This document shows positions 1 through 12,460 of a stretch of 64,000 bases of DNA, one piece after another (position 1 is the stretch's first letter; the number at the start of each line of letters is the position of its first letter). Source of the DNA: Lama guanicoe (Eukaryota); contig MU053881.1 of assembly GCA_013239625.1 (NCBI GenBank), positions 16,112,373 through 16,176,372 on the forward strand, in the 5' to 3' direction. The translations under genes and the position numbers were made by a program. The notes beneath the pieces are model-generated. The model ran no database searches, was not told the DNA's origin, and saw nothing but the letters and a program-made list of their open reading frames with translations.

Positions 1-78
1 AAGAAGGAATACTGTGAACTCAGGCCTAGGCTGGGTTCTGGCTGTGGCTGCCTGCAGCGTGTCCCAGGGAACTCAGAC

Positions 79-538
79 CGTAGTGGGTTAACTTGTGTCC
101 CTTAAAAAGATATGTCCAAGTCCTGATTCCCGGAACCTGTGAATGGGACCTTACTTGGAAATAGGGTCTTTATAGATGTAACTAAGGTAAGGATCTTGAG
201 GTGAGACCACTGCTCTAAATCCAATGATGGTGTCTTGACAAGAGAAAGAAGATCACAGAGACAGAGACAGACAGGGAGAAGGCCATATGGAGACAGAGCC
301 TGGAGTGAAGCAGGCACAAGCCAAGGAACGCCACACGGCAGCCACCAGAAACCAGGAGAGAGACTGGAGGGGACTCTTCCTCGGAGCCTCCAGAAGGAGC
401 TGACCCTGCCCACACCTTGATTTCAGACTTCTGGCCTCCAGAACTGCGAGAGAATAAATTACTGTTGCTTTAAGTCCCCTGCTTCCACCCCCTCCCGCTT
501 ATAGTACTTTGAGATGGCTGCTCCAGGACACTTGCACA
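79..538 (+). mobile_element. MLT1 (MaLR) LTR. Further copies at about 1380-1805, 10955-11372(-), 13020-13255, 16283-16682, 21645-22008, 32590-32985(-), 38983-39447, 41930-42395, 43360-43798 and 53803-54222
   Basis: ggaaatagggtcttt...gatgtaa...agccaagga...caccttgatttcagacttctggcctccagaactg.gagagaataaatt. Confidence 0.85.
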
Positions 539-810
539 CCAGAGCGCCTCTCCAAGGCTGTTTCCTCACTCGTCTTTAAAATGAGCAGAGCTGTTGTGAG
601 TTCTCAGAGGGATGACAGGTGAAAACTTGGGCACTCGAAGCCAGCCACCCAGTGGGCCCAAAGGCACAATAACTAATCATTCCTGTTATTAGAAAGTGAC
701 TCTCAGGTTAGCTCAGAATGGTTGGAACTTACTTACGGACAATTTCTAAACCATAAGCACCGGAAAGAAATGGTGATTGGGTCTCGTGGGATCGCAAGCT
801 GTTGACTAAG

Positions 811-1006
811 GCAGCTGTTCTCACCCAGGGGAGATTCTGCTCCCGGGGGACACTCGGTTGTGTCTGGGGACATTTTTTGGTTGTCACTATTGGTGGGGAG
901 GAGATGCTACTGGCATGGGGGTTTCGCAGCACACAGGACAGATCCCCACACAGAGGATGTCCGCCCCAGACGTCAGTGGTGCTCTGGCTGAAGGGCCCAG
1001 CTCTAA
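811..1006 (+). mobile_element. MER20 (hAT-Charlie). Further copies at about 13738-13960, 14800-15020, 17812-18017, 40190-40377(-), 52330-52478, 57670-57870, 62690-62852 and 63135-63378
   Basis: cagggga cattt ggcaa...ggagacatttttggttgtcac...ctactggcatct.gtggg.agaggccagggatgctgct. Confidence 0.8.
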
Positions 1007-3089
1007 ACTAACACAACCTTCTCCCTTTCCAAACGGTGGCCTCAGGAAGCACATTTACGGCCGTGACGTGGATCTGGCTCAAGCCTGGTTTGGAAGCTGG
1101 CATGGGCCCCGCCTGCCGGCAGCTCCCACCCCTAGGGAAACTCGGCCTTGCCGGCTCACACGGCCGAGGCGCGAGGGAGGCAGCCAGGCCAGGTCAGAGG
1201 CATGTGACTCACGGGGTGCAGACACCCGCCGTGGAGGGTGACTAACGGCCCTCGAAGAAAGTGCCAGAATCCCTCCAGGCAACTGCAGGGGAGGAGCGTG
1301 GAGGCCAACAGGATCACTGCTGAGCCCTGGCAGAAATCTTGGGGAAGAAGGCACTGCCAGCTGTCACTTGGTGGGGGCTGCTGTGAGCTGACTTGTGTCC
1401 CCCTCCACCGCCCAAAAGGCTCGTCTACATTGTCCTGGCACTGGAGCCCGTGAACGTGGCCTTATTTGGAAACCGGTCATTGTTGACGTAATTAGTTACG
1501 ATGAGGTCACCCTGGATTAGGGCGGGCCCTGAATCTGATGACTAGTGTCTTTATGAGACGAGAAGATGATGTGATAACAGAGGCAGGAATTGGACAGATG
1601 CGGCCATGAGCCCAGGAGTGCCTGGAGCCCCAGGAGCTGGAAGAGGCGGGAAGCATCCTCCCCGAGAGCCCTCAGAGGGAGTGTGGCCCTGCCCCAACCT
1701 GGATCTTGGACTTCAGGCCTCTGGAACCGTGAGAGAGTAAACTCCTGTTGTTTTATGCACCGTCTTCTGTGGGTACTTTCTTCTGGCAGCTCCAGGGACC
1801 TCATGCAGTTGCCCTGGAGGGTCCTTGGCTAGAAGTGGAAGCCACACGGTGCCGATCCTGCCTCCTCACTGCGACGAGTTGAGACCTTGGGGCTTGGCGC
1901 GCTCACTAAGGATGGCACATCCACCTGCCTACCTGGTTCTTTGAGGGGTGAGCGGCCCACTTGGCGAAACACCCCACTCTGTAAATGCTGGGACCCCCAC
2001 TTGTTCACATCCTTAATTTCTAAAGTCATCAACTGCCTGCACCATTTTACCTTGAACTGCGTGCCAGGCTCCAGTGCTTTGGCCTCGAGTGCCTATGGTG
2101 GCCCTTAGCTATGGCTGGGAGGACACTGGGGCCATTGGTGGCTTTGAGGCAGCTGAGTTCCACAGCTGGGATGGAGCCAGATGGAAATGGGGGCACCCTC
2201 CGGAGCTCCATCACACAGGACCCACCCCTCGGCCCACGAGGCCCTGAATGATTTGCCTGTCACATTTCTGTCCCCACTGCCTCCTGCTCTGCTCCTTGTT
2301 CGCCACGCTCAAGCCCTTTCCCGCACTCTCCAGGGCCCTGGCTTTCCTCCAACATGCTAGGTGTGGTCCAGCCTCCTGGCCTTTGCACTGGCCATGCCTT
2401 CCTCCCAGACACTGCACTGCTCATCCCACCCCCTCCAGGGCCCAGCCTGGCATCACCTTCTCACCTCTTGCCCCCTCACCCCTTCCTCAAGCCTGCTTGC
2501 CATTCTTACTGGCTTCTAGCTTGTCTAAGAGGTTCGCTGTTTCATCTCACTGCCTGCCCCCTTGTCACTGGACGGCAACTTCCCGGGGGCAGGCCTTTGT
2601 ATCTTTTGGCCACTGCTTAGCCCAGTGCCTAGAGCGGTGCCTGCACATGGAATATTTGCAGAATGAATGTATCGTTACGTCAGAGGAGGGAATGCATGCG
2701 GGATACGCAGCATTAAAGAGAAAATGTCCGCTCTGTGGCCAGATCACTGAGTTGGTTTTAAAAACATTTGTGCAAAAAATGACAACCTTTATGTTACGTG
2801 CGGAGGAAAAGACAGAAATTGGCCATGCGTGCTGGCTCGGGGCCAGGCTGTACAGTCCTAACTAATTTCTCGCTGATGATCTCAGAGATCATCAGGGAGG
2901 AAGAGGAACTGAAGTATATTCAGCAGGCACAGCCGGGATGGGATTTCAGTGAATTCACAAGCAGCCCTCTCAGGTGGCTGCATTAGGTAGCTTGGAGGAA
3001 TCAGTAAAAAGCCCAAGGTCAATGTTCCAGGGTGGGTGGGACCCCTGGACTTCCCTCCCCGGCCCGCCACTCCTCAGGAGGGAAGGGCT

Positions 3090-3640
3090 GGGGTCCTGTG
3101 GCCGGACAGATGGTGGCATATCCAGGGAGTGACACTCAGCAATGTGAAGATACGAGGTCTCAAGCTGAGAAAAGACACGGAAGAACCTTACATGCATATT
3201 ACTAAGGGAAAAAGCCCGTCTGAAAAGGCTACAGACGGTGTGATTCCAGCTACACGGCATCCTGGAAAAGGCAAAATTACGGAGACAGTGAAAGGATGAG
3301 TTGTTGCCAGGGAGGGAGGGAGGGAGGAACAAGCAGAGCACAGGAGATTTTTAGGGCAGTGGAACTATTCTGTGCGATACTCATGGTGAATAGGTGACGC
3401 TGTGCATTTGTTCAAACCTGCAGAATGTACAACACTGAAGGTGAATCTGAATGTAAACTGGAGACTTAAGTTACTAATAATGTGTCAATATTGGCTCATC
3501 AATTGTTAAGAAAGGCACCACACTAAGACAACAGGTTAATGACGGGAAAGTGAAGGGGGTGGGGGAGGATATGGGAACTCTGTATTATTTGCTCAGTATT
3601 TCCATAAACCTAAAGCTGCTCTAAGAAACAGAATCATTTA
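3090..3640 (+). mobile_element. Old L1MC-like 3' end
   Basis: catattactaagggaaaaagcc...gaaaaggcaaaattacggagacag...gaatgtacaacac...taaacctaaagctgctctaa. Confidence 0.7.
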
Positions 3641-4104
3641 TGTCATTATAGTGAATAAAATTTAACTATTTAAGGCTATTAAAATTACTTACTCAAAATT
3701 ATTTAATCCTTGTAAAATGTTACTAAAAACAGAAAGAAAGCAGAATCTTTGATCCGAAACCCAGAGGCACAGACTCCTGGGTGTATCTGCTGCCCCGTCC
3801 TCACCAGGGAACGACGGTTAAGCTGAGATGTGGACACTTCTTGTCCTAAGACCCTAAGAGTGATCACTTCCACTGCCCCAGTGTCCTGAAGGCTCACCCA
3901 CAGCGACACATCATGGGAACACTAGAGAGGGCACAGGAGGCTGGGGCATTTCCTTCCCTGCTGCCTTTGATGCTACCAGCTGGTCCCCTCCTCTCATCTC
4001 ACTGTCCCCAGCCCCCAGGCCTGTACCACACCTTGCTGGCTTCCCTCTGCCCCACAGCTACCCCTGCCAGAAACACCCTGCCATGAACTATTCAGTTTGG
4101 ACAT

Positions 4105-4660
4105 GCCATCTTTTTCTTTCTGGGACCCAGAGTGCAGACTGCCACCCCTCTGGATGTTAAGAGCACTTTAATCACACCTGGTTATTTTCTACATCCTAAT
4201 GCTTTGACATTCGGGGCCTGGACGACCCTGGAGGGACTGCCCCATAGGAAACGATTCTCCTGCGAGGACACCTTCCAAATACAAACCAATCATTCCAGAG
4301 TCCACACCCCCACCACCTCAGTTACCATGGCCTCACACTCAGGACTACTTTCCCCTTGGCCTGATCACTCCAGGCCCACGTACCAGACAGTCAGGACAGC
4401 CCTTACGCCCCAGGGCTCTGAAATTATTCAAACTAGCCAACCCTAAGCCCACTTATCCTGCCTTCTCCGACCCATCCTATGAAACCCACGACAGAGATTC
4501 CTGTCCAAACTCCCCAGCACTTGCTGCCTCCTGACGGACCCTGGTGCCTCCCCGTGTGGCCCTGCATGGCATGCTGCGCCTCCTGTTTCTAGGGGACTGT
4601 AAATCTGTCTTCTCGATGGCCGGTGCTTCCCCTATCTGAACAATAACCAAAAACACACAT
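4105..4660 (+). mobile_element. ERVL-type solo LTR (MER74/MER54-like)
   Basis: gaaattattcaaactagccaaccctaag...cctggtgcctccccgtgtggccctgcatggc...ctcctgtttctaggg. Confidence 0.6.
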
Positions 4661-4693
4661 TAAAGCCCCTCCCACCAACTAGCCCCCACTCAC

Positions 4694-5545
4694 CTCCAGC
4701 ACTGGGCCAGCGCCGAGGATGGTCCTCTCGACGCCGCTGGCATAGCCCTTCTGGCTCAGGGCGGTGAGGCAGTGGATCAGGAAGTTGGTGCTCTGCGTCT
4801 TGCCGGAGCCGCTCTCGCCTGAGATGACAATGCACTGGTTGACATGCTTGCGGAGCATGGCATAGTAGGCGACGTCGGCCAGTGCAAACACGTGCGGCTC
4901 CAGCTTGCCCAGCTGCTGGTTCTCGTACATCTTCACGTACTTGGGGTTGTAGATGGGGAGGAATTTGAAGGGGTTGACGGCCACGAGGATGCTCCCGGCA
5001 TATGTGTAGATCTTCTGCTGCAGGAAGCGGTGCTTGAGGTTCTTCAGGAGGTTCTCCTCGGTCAGCTCGGGTAGGTTGCACAGATCGTCAAAGTCTGCCT
5101 GCGGCCGGGGCAGGAGGCCGCGCTCCACCAGGCGCCGGGCGGCCGTGGCTTGGGACACCAGCTGCATGTGCACGTACTTGATGGTCCCATCTGCGTTGCG
5201 CTCCTGCAGCAGGAAGTAGTAGCCGTCCTCTTGGGGATGCTCGTCCTGTGCCCGCCGTGGCCACAGCAGCACGCGGTGCACGGGCGAGTCGTTGGCGTCC
5301 AGCACCCACTCCTCCCCGCCCGTCTCCTTGACCTCCACCAGCACATAGCGCTTGGTGCCGTCCAGCCGCAGGCTGGCGATGGCGTCCTGGATGACATCGG
5401 ACGTGGTGCTGTCCTTGGTGGCTGTCACGCGGCACGAGGCCTGGCAGGAGGCCTGGCTCTCGCTGGTGGCCAGCTGCGGGTAGATGTGCAGGTGGTAGGC
5501 CGCCTGCCCCAGGCGGCCGGAGCTGCCTGCCTCGTTCACACTCAT
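4694..5545 (-). CDS. MYO9B: Myosin IXB, first coding exon (exon 2): N-terminal RA domain and start of the motor domain; the gene continues beyond the window start
   Basis: [13 protein letters not shown]...[22 protein letters not shown]...[16 protein letters not shown]...PHVFALAD...[10 protein letters not shown] (myosin P-loop)...GAGPVLE. Donor GAG|gtgagt after 4694. Acceptor cccttccag| at 5601, so the whole exon is 4694-5601. Coding part is 852 nt, ending in phase 0. Confidence 0.97.
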
Positions 5546-6620
5546 CCTGCCTGCGGCCTGGCCTCAGCATGCCTCCCGGGCTCGGGGCGCGCCTCCTGGA
5601 GCTGGAAGGGAGGAGGTGGCATGATTAGAGTGGTGGAGGGGGTCAGAGTGGTGGGGGCACACTGATGTCCACCCCCAGAGAGACAGCTTCAGACCCACGA
5701 CCTGAATCTGCGGGCTCTCCTGTAAAGCCAGAAAGGCAGAAGGGCCTCACCTGCCCTTCAAAGTGATCCTCAGCTAGGGTCTGCGGCCATGGCAAAGTGA
5801 CATCACCAGGTCCCTCTCCCAGAATCAAACCCTTCCCCTGGAGTCTGCTCCACCCCAAGCCCTGTCCCTCCCCTCCCAGAGTCAGCCTGTTACCCTCAAG
5901 TCCAATGGCCACAACCATCTCAGCTCAGTCCTTCCTGGCATCTCCTCTCTGACAAAACCTCCCGTGGCAGCTCCCCAAGTGGACGAAGACTCGGCCCCAT
6001 GGGCCTTGGTTACATCCTCCAAAACACATGAGGGACAGAGAGAAGTATGTTGGGACAACCAAGACCAAACCTGCCCTGAAACTCAGGGACCCTAAAACCC
6101 CAGGGAAGCAGAAACCTACCCAAGGAGGACAAAGTCAGGGAGAGCCTCCCAAAAACTCGCTTGAGAGAACTGCTCAGAGTGCATTTACTTCTAGAACCCA
6201 CAACCCCATTCTAACCACGAAAAGAACATCAAACAGACCCAGGTGGAGGGTATCCTGCAGGACGCCCAGCAGTCTTCCCCGAGACTGCCAAGGTCCTGAG
6301 AAACAAGAAAAGACCAAGGATCCGTCCCAGCCAGAGGAGTCTGGGGAGACGCGGTGACTTAATGTAACAGGGTTTCCTGGATGGGGTCCTCGACCAGAGA
6401 GAGCACACAGTGGGAGACCTGGTGACATCCGAATATCGTCAGGTGGTTAGTTAACAGCAGTGCATTCACGCGTATTTCTTAGTGGTACAAATGCGCCCTG
6501 ATAACGTAAGACGTTCACATTTGGGGAATGTGGGTGAGGGGTATGGGGACTCCATGTTAGGTCTCTGCCACTATTCTGTAAATCTAAAATGACTCCAGCA
6601 GAAGCAGCTTATTTTACAAA

Positions 6621-6806
6621 GACCTACTGTATAGCACAGAAAACTACATTCAATTTCTTGTAATAAACTGTAAAGGAAAAGAAACTGAAAAAAAAAGTAT
6701 ATGTGTGTGTGTGTATATATATATATATATCACTTTGCTGTATACCTGAAACTAACACTGTAAATTGACTACACTTAAATAAAAAATAAGAACTTAAAAA
6801 AAAGTA
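6621..6806 (+). mobile_element. Short 3' fragment of a lineage-specific L1 with TSD
   Basis: gacctactgtatagcacag...gtatacctgaaactaacac...A-tail; flanked by gcagcttattttacaaa and gtagcttattttaaaaa. Confidence 0.8.
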
Positions 6807-7873
6807 GTAGCTTATTTTAAAAACTGCACTTACTTCTGAAGACACTTTTGCTTCAAGAAAGAGAAACCATAGCCAATGCTGGCAACTGTGCCTTGGAGTA
6901 AGAGGCCTAAATGCAGTGTGGGTCACGCGCCGGCTGCCACCCAAGTGTGGCCAAAGATACAAAGATGAACCGGACCTTGGCTCAAAGCCCAGTGGGAGAA
7001 GCTGATATGCAAACACACATGAGAGAATATATCAACCATGAGCGTGAGAAGCTATTGCCCCCGAGAGCCAGAGAAGGCTTTCGGGGAGTGGCAACACCTA
7101 AGAGGGGCTCTGAAGGGAAGAGGAGTTCGTTCAACAGGAAGGCAAAAGGAAGGAGGACAGTGTGGTGGCTCACGGCTTGTTTTTACAAACAAGGTTTCAC
7201 TGGACTGAAGCTGTGCCCATTCATGCCCATATTGTCCATGGCTGCCTTTGTTACATGAACATAACTGAAGAGTCGGGACAGAAACCTTGAGGCCTGGAAA
7301 GTTGAATGTACTTATTTTCCAGTCCTTATAGAAACAGTATGCCAACCTCTGCTGCCCTGGACAGAAGCGTGACTCAGCCCTGTGGGCGTGAGGGGCCACC
7401 AGAGGCTGAGATGATATGGGCTCTGGGAAACGGAAGCCTATAGCAGTGTTAGGAGGGTAGGGGACTGGTGAGCTAGGGAGTGGCAACAGGTAGGAAGGCT
7501 AGGGGGGAGATGTGAATACCACATTTTTTAAACTGTCCTCCCAAATTATTAAGAGTTGTGGTCGTTCAAGGGTCAACTGAATATATTTCTAGCAAATGCA
7601 AGCTAATCTATAGACAGAAAGCTGATCACTGGCTGCCCCGGGGAGGGGGGTGGGGCGGGAGGACAAAGGAGCCGGGGCGACTTTTCCAGTGATGGATGTG
7701 TCCACTATCACGATCGTGGTCATGGGCTCACAGGTGTTTGTGTGTGTCACAACTCATCTGATGATGCACTTCAAAGAAGTGCAGTTTATAGTGTATCAAT
7801 GACACTCAAGCTGTTTTAAAAAGTATATAGATTATGAAAGGACCCAGTTCCCCAGGAGGGCAACTTTTTAAAA

Positions 7874-7975
7874 GATTAAAAAAATTTTTTCTTTTTAAAT
7901 GGAGGTACTGGGGATTGAACCCAGGACCTTGTGTTTGCTAAGCACATGCTCTACCACTGAGCTCTACCCTCCCCC
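7874..7975 (-). mobile_element. tRNA-Ala-derived SINE (camelid vic-1-like) with long target-site duplication
   Basis: Reverse complement reads GGGGAGGGTAGAGCTCAGTGGTAGAGC...GGGTTCAATCCCCAGTACCTCCA (A and B boxes). Flanked by caggag(g/t)gcaactttttaaaa on both sides. Confidence 0.88.
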
Positions 7976-8264
7976 AGGAGTGCAACTTTTTAAAACTTCT
8001 TGCCTTCTTTTCAAAATATCCAATCTTTAAGCTCCGTGACTGAGTTCCTCTGATGCCACCGCAAGGAAGTGGCTGGGAACCTGTGAGCGTGTCTGTGTTC
8101 AGAGATGCCAGGTGGCACTGCCCACCCGACACATCCCCTCTGACCCACTGAGAGCTAATCATGGGACGTTCACAGGCAGCACACATGGCCACGGAAGATG
8201 GATAGTTTATGTGTTTCTGAGCCAGGAGCCCAAATTGTAGATCTGCACTTAATCACAGCCACAT

Positions 8265-8522
8265 GAATGCACAAGCGTGCTTGTGAGACTACAACACCCA
8301 CAAAGGTGTGAGCACATAACATGTGCAGACATGGACAGACGTGCACAAACACACTTTCTCATACAACCAAGCTCACATATGTGCACGAATGGACACACAT
8401 GCGTGAATACAGTTTCACATGAACATAATCACACGCAGACACATGTGTTCACAAGCACAGACAAGCAGGGACACGTTGCGTGCACAGCCCCTGCGTACGA
8501 ACACAGACGTACACACGTGTGC
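8265..8522. repeat. Degenerate CA/TG-rich low-complexity tract
   Basis: Repeated cacacatg/gtgcac units. Confidence 0.7.
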
Positions 8523-11500
8523 GGACCCAGGGCTTCAGGCAGAGCCCGCCCCCCTGGGACGTGCTCTTGTGGGGAGACTGCTGACTTGCATCACAACTGC
8601 AACTCGGCTCAAGGACCAGGGGCTTTAGACTGTCTCATGCCAAAGCTGCCCGGATGCAGGTGGCAAGAAGGTCACAGGTCACATGGATGTGCCTGCTTTG
8701 TCCTCCTGGCAGACACCAAGCTGAGAGAGAGGCCATCAGGGCCCAACCATGTGATCTTGTGCTTACTCCCAGGGTCTGGCCAACTCCATGGCACCCCACA
8801 TCCTCCAGGGCCAACTGTTCACAAGGCACCCTCGGAGCCCCACAGGGGTCTTTTATAGCTCTGGGTCCCTTGGTGGGAGGGGCAGGAGACCCCACCCTCA
8901 GAGACTGGGGGCCCTGGGGGCAGTCACAGGTCCAGGCAATGCCCGCCCTGCTCCCAGGCCAGGAGGAAGTAGATAAGGCTTGCTCAAGGCCTCTGCTGAC
9001 CTCTGGGGCTGCAGGAAGGGGTCTGGCCAAAGAGAAGGGGTGGGGCAGGGAAGACACCAGCTGGGGCCCCTAGGAGGAGTCCCTGTAGGGCCCACTTGCC
9101 CTGTCCTGTGGCCACTGTCCCTCCAACCATTGTGGCTCACCCAGGCCCACCACAGCTGCAACCTGGGAAACTCTTCCACCCTGGACCTGCCTTTGGGGCC
9201 CTCCCTGCCCAGTCAGCCTCACCTGGCCCTGCTCCCCAGGGAGCCTGCCGTTTCCTCCCTGAGCAAGGGCTCCCTTCCTCTCCTTCCCAGGGGGAGGACC
9301 TTCCCACTGAAATAGCTCAAATGCCTTAAAACCAGAGACACTAGTAAAGCCTTCTCCAGCCCAGGACAGTGTTCCCTCCTTACTTTCATGCAGCCTGGAG
9401 CCAGCCCTTCCTGCTCCAATCTGCCACTCGGAGCACTGCCCCTCCCCACCACTCCCTTCCCCGCAGATGCCGCCAAGCTCCTGCCAGTCACACCTGCTGA
9501 CCAGTGGCCTCTACTGGTCCTGCTCACTTGCTCTGCAGCCCTGAGGACCACGGCACGGCCTCGACCTGTCTCTGTCTAGGGACCCCTCCTACCCTGATCC
9601 CCAGGCTCTGCCCCAGAGCCAGTCCACTCTGCTGCACCCCCTCAAGGGCCAAGCTCATGCTCAAGGACACCCGCCCCACCTCCAGCCCCAAGCATTCAGA
9701 GTGTTCATTCCCTGCTCCTCCCACTGACCACATCCTGTCTGCTGTCATCGTGTCCCCGAAACAGAGTTTTCTTCTCACTAGGTCAGGAGGGCCCCTGATA
9801 GACCCCTGCCTCTATCCTCTGGGCCACTGTAGAGGAGCACCTGGAAGCACTGGTCTAGATGTGGGTGTCCCAGCTCAGAGCCTCTCAGGCTCTCCCACCC
9901 CAGCCAGCACTCAGGCCCTGGCCATCAAGTCCCATTCAGCACAGCCCCCACCTTGGTAGACCTGCTGCCTACCAAGCATATCTTGAATACACTCTGGCTG
10001 CTCCCAACCCGGCCAGGCCCAGGCGTGCATGCCAGATCTTGCAGGGCTCCTCCAGCGCAATCACGGAGAAGCTGCCCAAAGTCCCCAACTCACAGTGGGA
10101 AGTCTGGTTCCTCCCACTTGGGCTGCAATCCTGCTAACCAGGCCATCCCCACAGGCCAGGCACTCTGCCCTCCCCTGCATCTCAGATGGGGGCCGGCCCC
10201 ACCCTGCTGCCTCCTTCTAGATGCTGGCCCCTGTCCTTGTCCTCAGCCTGGAATGCCCCTTGAACCCCTCTGCAAAACCTCAGGACAGACCATCAGACCC
10301 AGAGTCTCTTCAGTTCACAGGTGGCACCATTTGAACCTAGACACCGGGCCGATCTGACCCCCTCTACACCCTCACTATGGAAGCCCCTGACCAGTTCTGC
10401 CAAAGTGACCTCCAGAGAGGCCAACCCAAGTGAGAGGTCTGCCTGGAGGATGCTGCCTCAAAGCATCCTCACTGGCTCTGAGGATTATTAATATTTTTCT
10501 CAATCCATGGCCATCAGTGGGCACAAAAGAGCATTAGCTCACTTATAATCCTCTGGTTGCCAGTCAGGGTTTTTTGAAAGTTAAGTGTATTCCGTAACTT
10601 TTTTTTCTGTTTCTGGAAGTTGTCTATGCCAGTTGCCCGTTTTTCCCCACCAAACCACACCTACTTAGCTTATTGTTTCAGAGGAACTCTTTGTACAGGA
10701 AGGGTATTAACTCTTCACCATGTCTGATGGTGAACTGAATTCATACCAATTCAGTTTTACGTATGGAGTTTCTGGATACAGACACTGCACTTCCCAGGCA
10801 GTCAGAGCCATGGGTCATTTCTTTCATGATGTCTGTTATCCATTCCTCTCCCAGATCGGATGAACGTGGAACTACACTCTGTATTCCTCTCCTTCCCTGG
10901 ATTTACTCTTTACATTTAAGCCTTTATCTATCTGATAGTTATTTTGGAGGGTTGTTAAGAGTTTCCTAGGGCTTCTGTGATAAAGCACTGTAAACCAGGT
11001 GGCTTAAAAAAGAGAAATGTGCTGTCTCGTGCTTTGGGATGAGTCCAAAATCAAGGGGTGGGCAGGGCTGGCTCCTTCAGGAGGCTCTGAGGGAAAAACT
11101 GTCATTCCCATGGCTCTCCTGGCTTCCGGTGACCCTTGCTGCCCCTTGGCTCGTAGGTTCATCATGCTGATTTTCTTCTGCAACATCACATGGTAGCCTT
11201 CTCTGTCTCCATGTTCTCGCCTCTTCTTATAAAAGGCACCAGGTACTGGATTCAGGATGACGTCACCTTGAGGTCTTTAATTACATCTGCAAAGACCTCA
11301 TTTCCAATCAAGGTCATGCTTGGAGGTGCTGGGTGGACATGAATTTCAGGGGACATTAGTCAACCCAGTACAGTGTGGGAGGTCAAAGGAGGATCCAGCT
11401 GGACTCCAAAGAGTGGAGCAATTGCTTTAATGCTTTCTATTAAGGAATCCATCTATCCCTAGACCAGGGAGTCTCCTTCGATAAAGAGCATACATTAAGT

Positions 11501-12074
11501 TCTGTTACACACATGGGTCTGCCTCTGGGTCACTGACACCTGCGTGGCGCCAAGTTGTTTTGATGATCACAACTTCAGGGGATGCCCTTACACGGTGGCA
11601 GCTCTCTTGGAGGGGCTCAGCTGTTTCCTCTGGCTTCCAAACTTGCCTTCCTCACCGAGCCTGAGACCGGAAGCCAGTCATGTTGTGGCCACAAGTGGAT
11701 GTGAAACCCACACCCCAAGAATCCCCAGTCTGTGCCTGGAATGAAAGGAAGCAGGTCTGGGGCTGAGGAACCGGGGCCTCGGATCCCCATGAAATAGTAA
11801 CTGTAGGCTGAGGCCGTGTGTCGGGGCAGTACTTTCTGAAAACCTGTGTGTCCATCCTTGAGCCAAACTGCCCCTCTAAATGCTCCGAAGTTAAAAATGC
11901 CTGTTCTGTCTTCTGATTAATGCCCCGGAAGCATACACAATGTGAACACAAAGCAAAAGCCCTCCTTAAACTGATAGGGTTTGTTTACCCAGAACTTGTC
12001 TGAGAACCATGCCCTCATCCCTAAATGGAAATCAAACTGGAGGACTGTAAAATTCCAGGATAAAAGAGCCAAAA

Positions 12075-12460
12075 AGGTGGAAGTGAAGCGCCCATCAAAG
12101 GCTGAAATAAATAAAATGTGGTCCATCCACCCAGTGGAATATTAGTCAGCCATAAAAAGGAAGAAAGCCCTGACACATGCTACAATGCAGATGAATCTCC
12201 AAAAACACCATGCTGATTGAAATCATTCCAGACACAAAGTATGATGCCATCTATGTGAAATGTCCAAAATAGGCAAATCCATAGTGACAGAAGGCAGATT
12301 AGGGGTTACCAGGGGCAGGGGATGGGGTGGGGAGTGACTGTTAATGGGGATGGGGTTTCCTTTTGGGTTGATGGAAATGCTTTGGATAGAGGTGGCAGTG
12401 GCACAATATTGCGAATCTACTCAGTGTTACTAATGGCAAATCTTCTGTGCACAATAAAAA
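12075..12460 (+). mobile_element. Old L1MB-like 3' end
   Basis: aaaatgtggtccatccacccagtggaatattagtcagccataaaaagg...aatgtccaaaataggcaaatccatag. Confidence 0.7.

Noticed and set aside
10447..10757. Two short hairpins (gaggatgc/gcatcctc and aactgaatt/aattcagtt)
   Set aside because: Stems of 8-9 bp are expected by chance in 64 kb, and the context looks like decayed L1.
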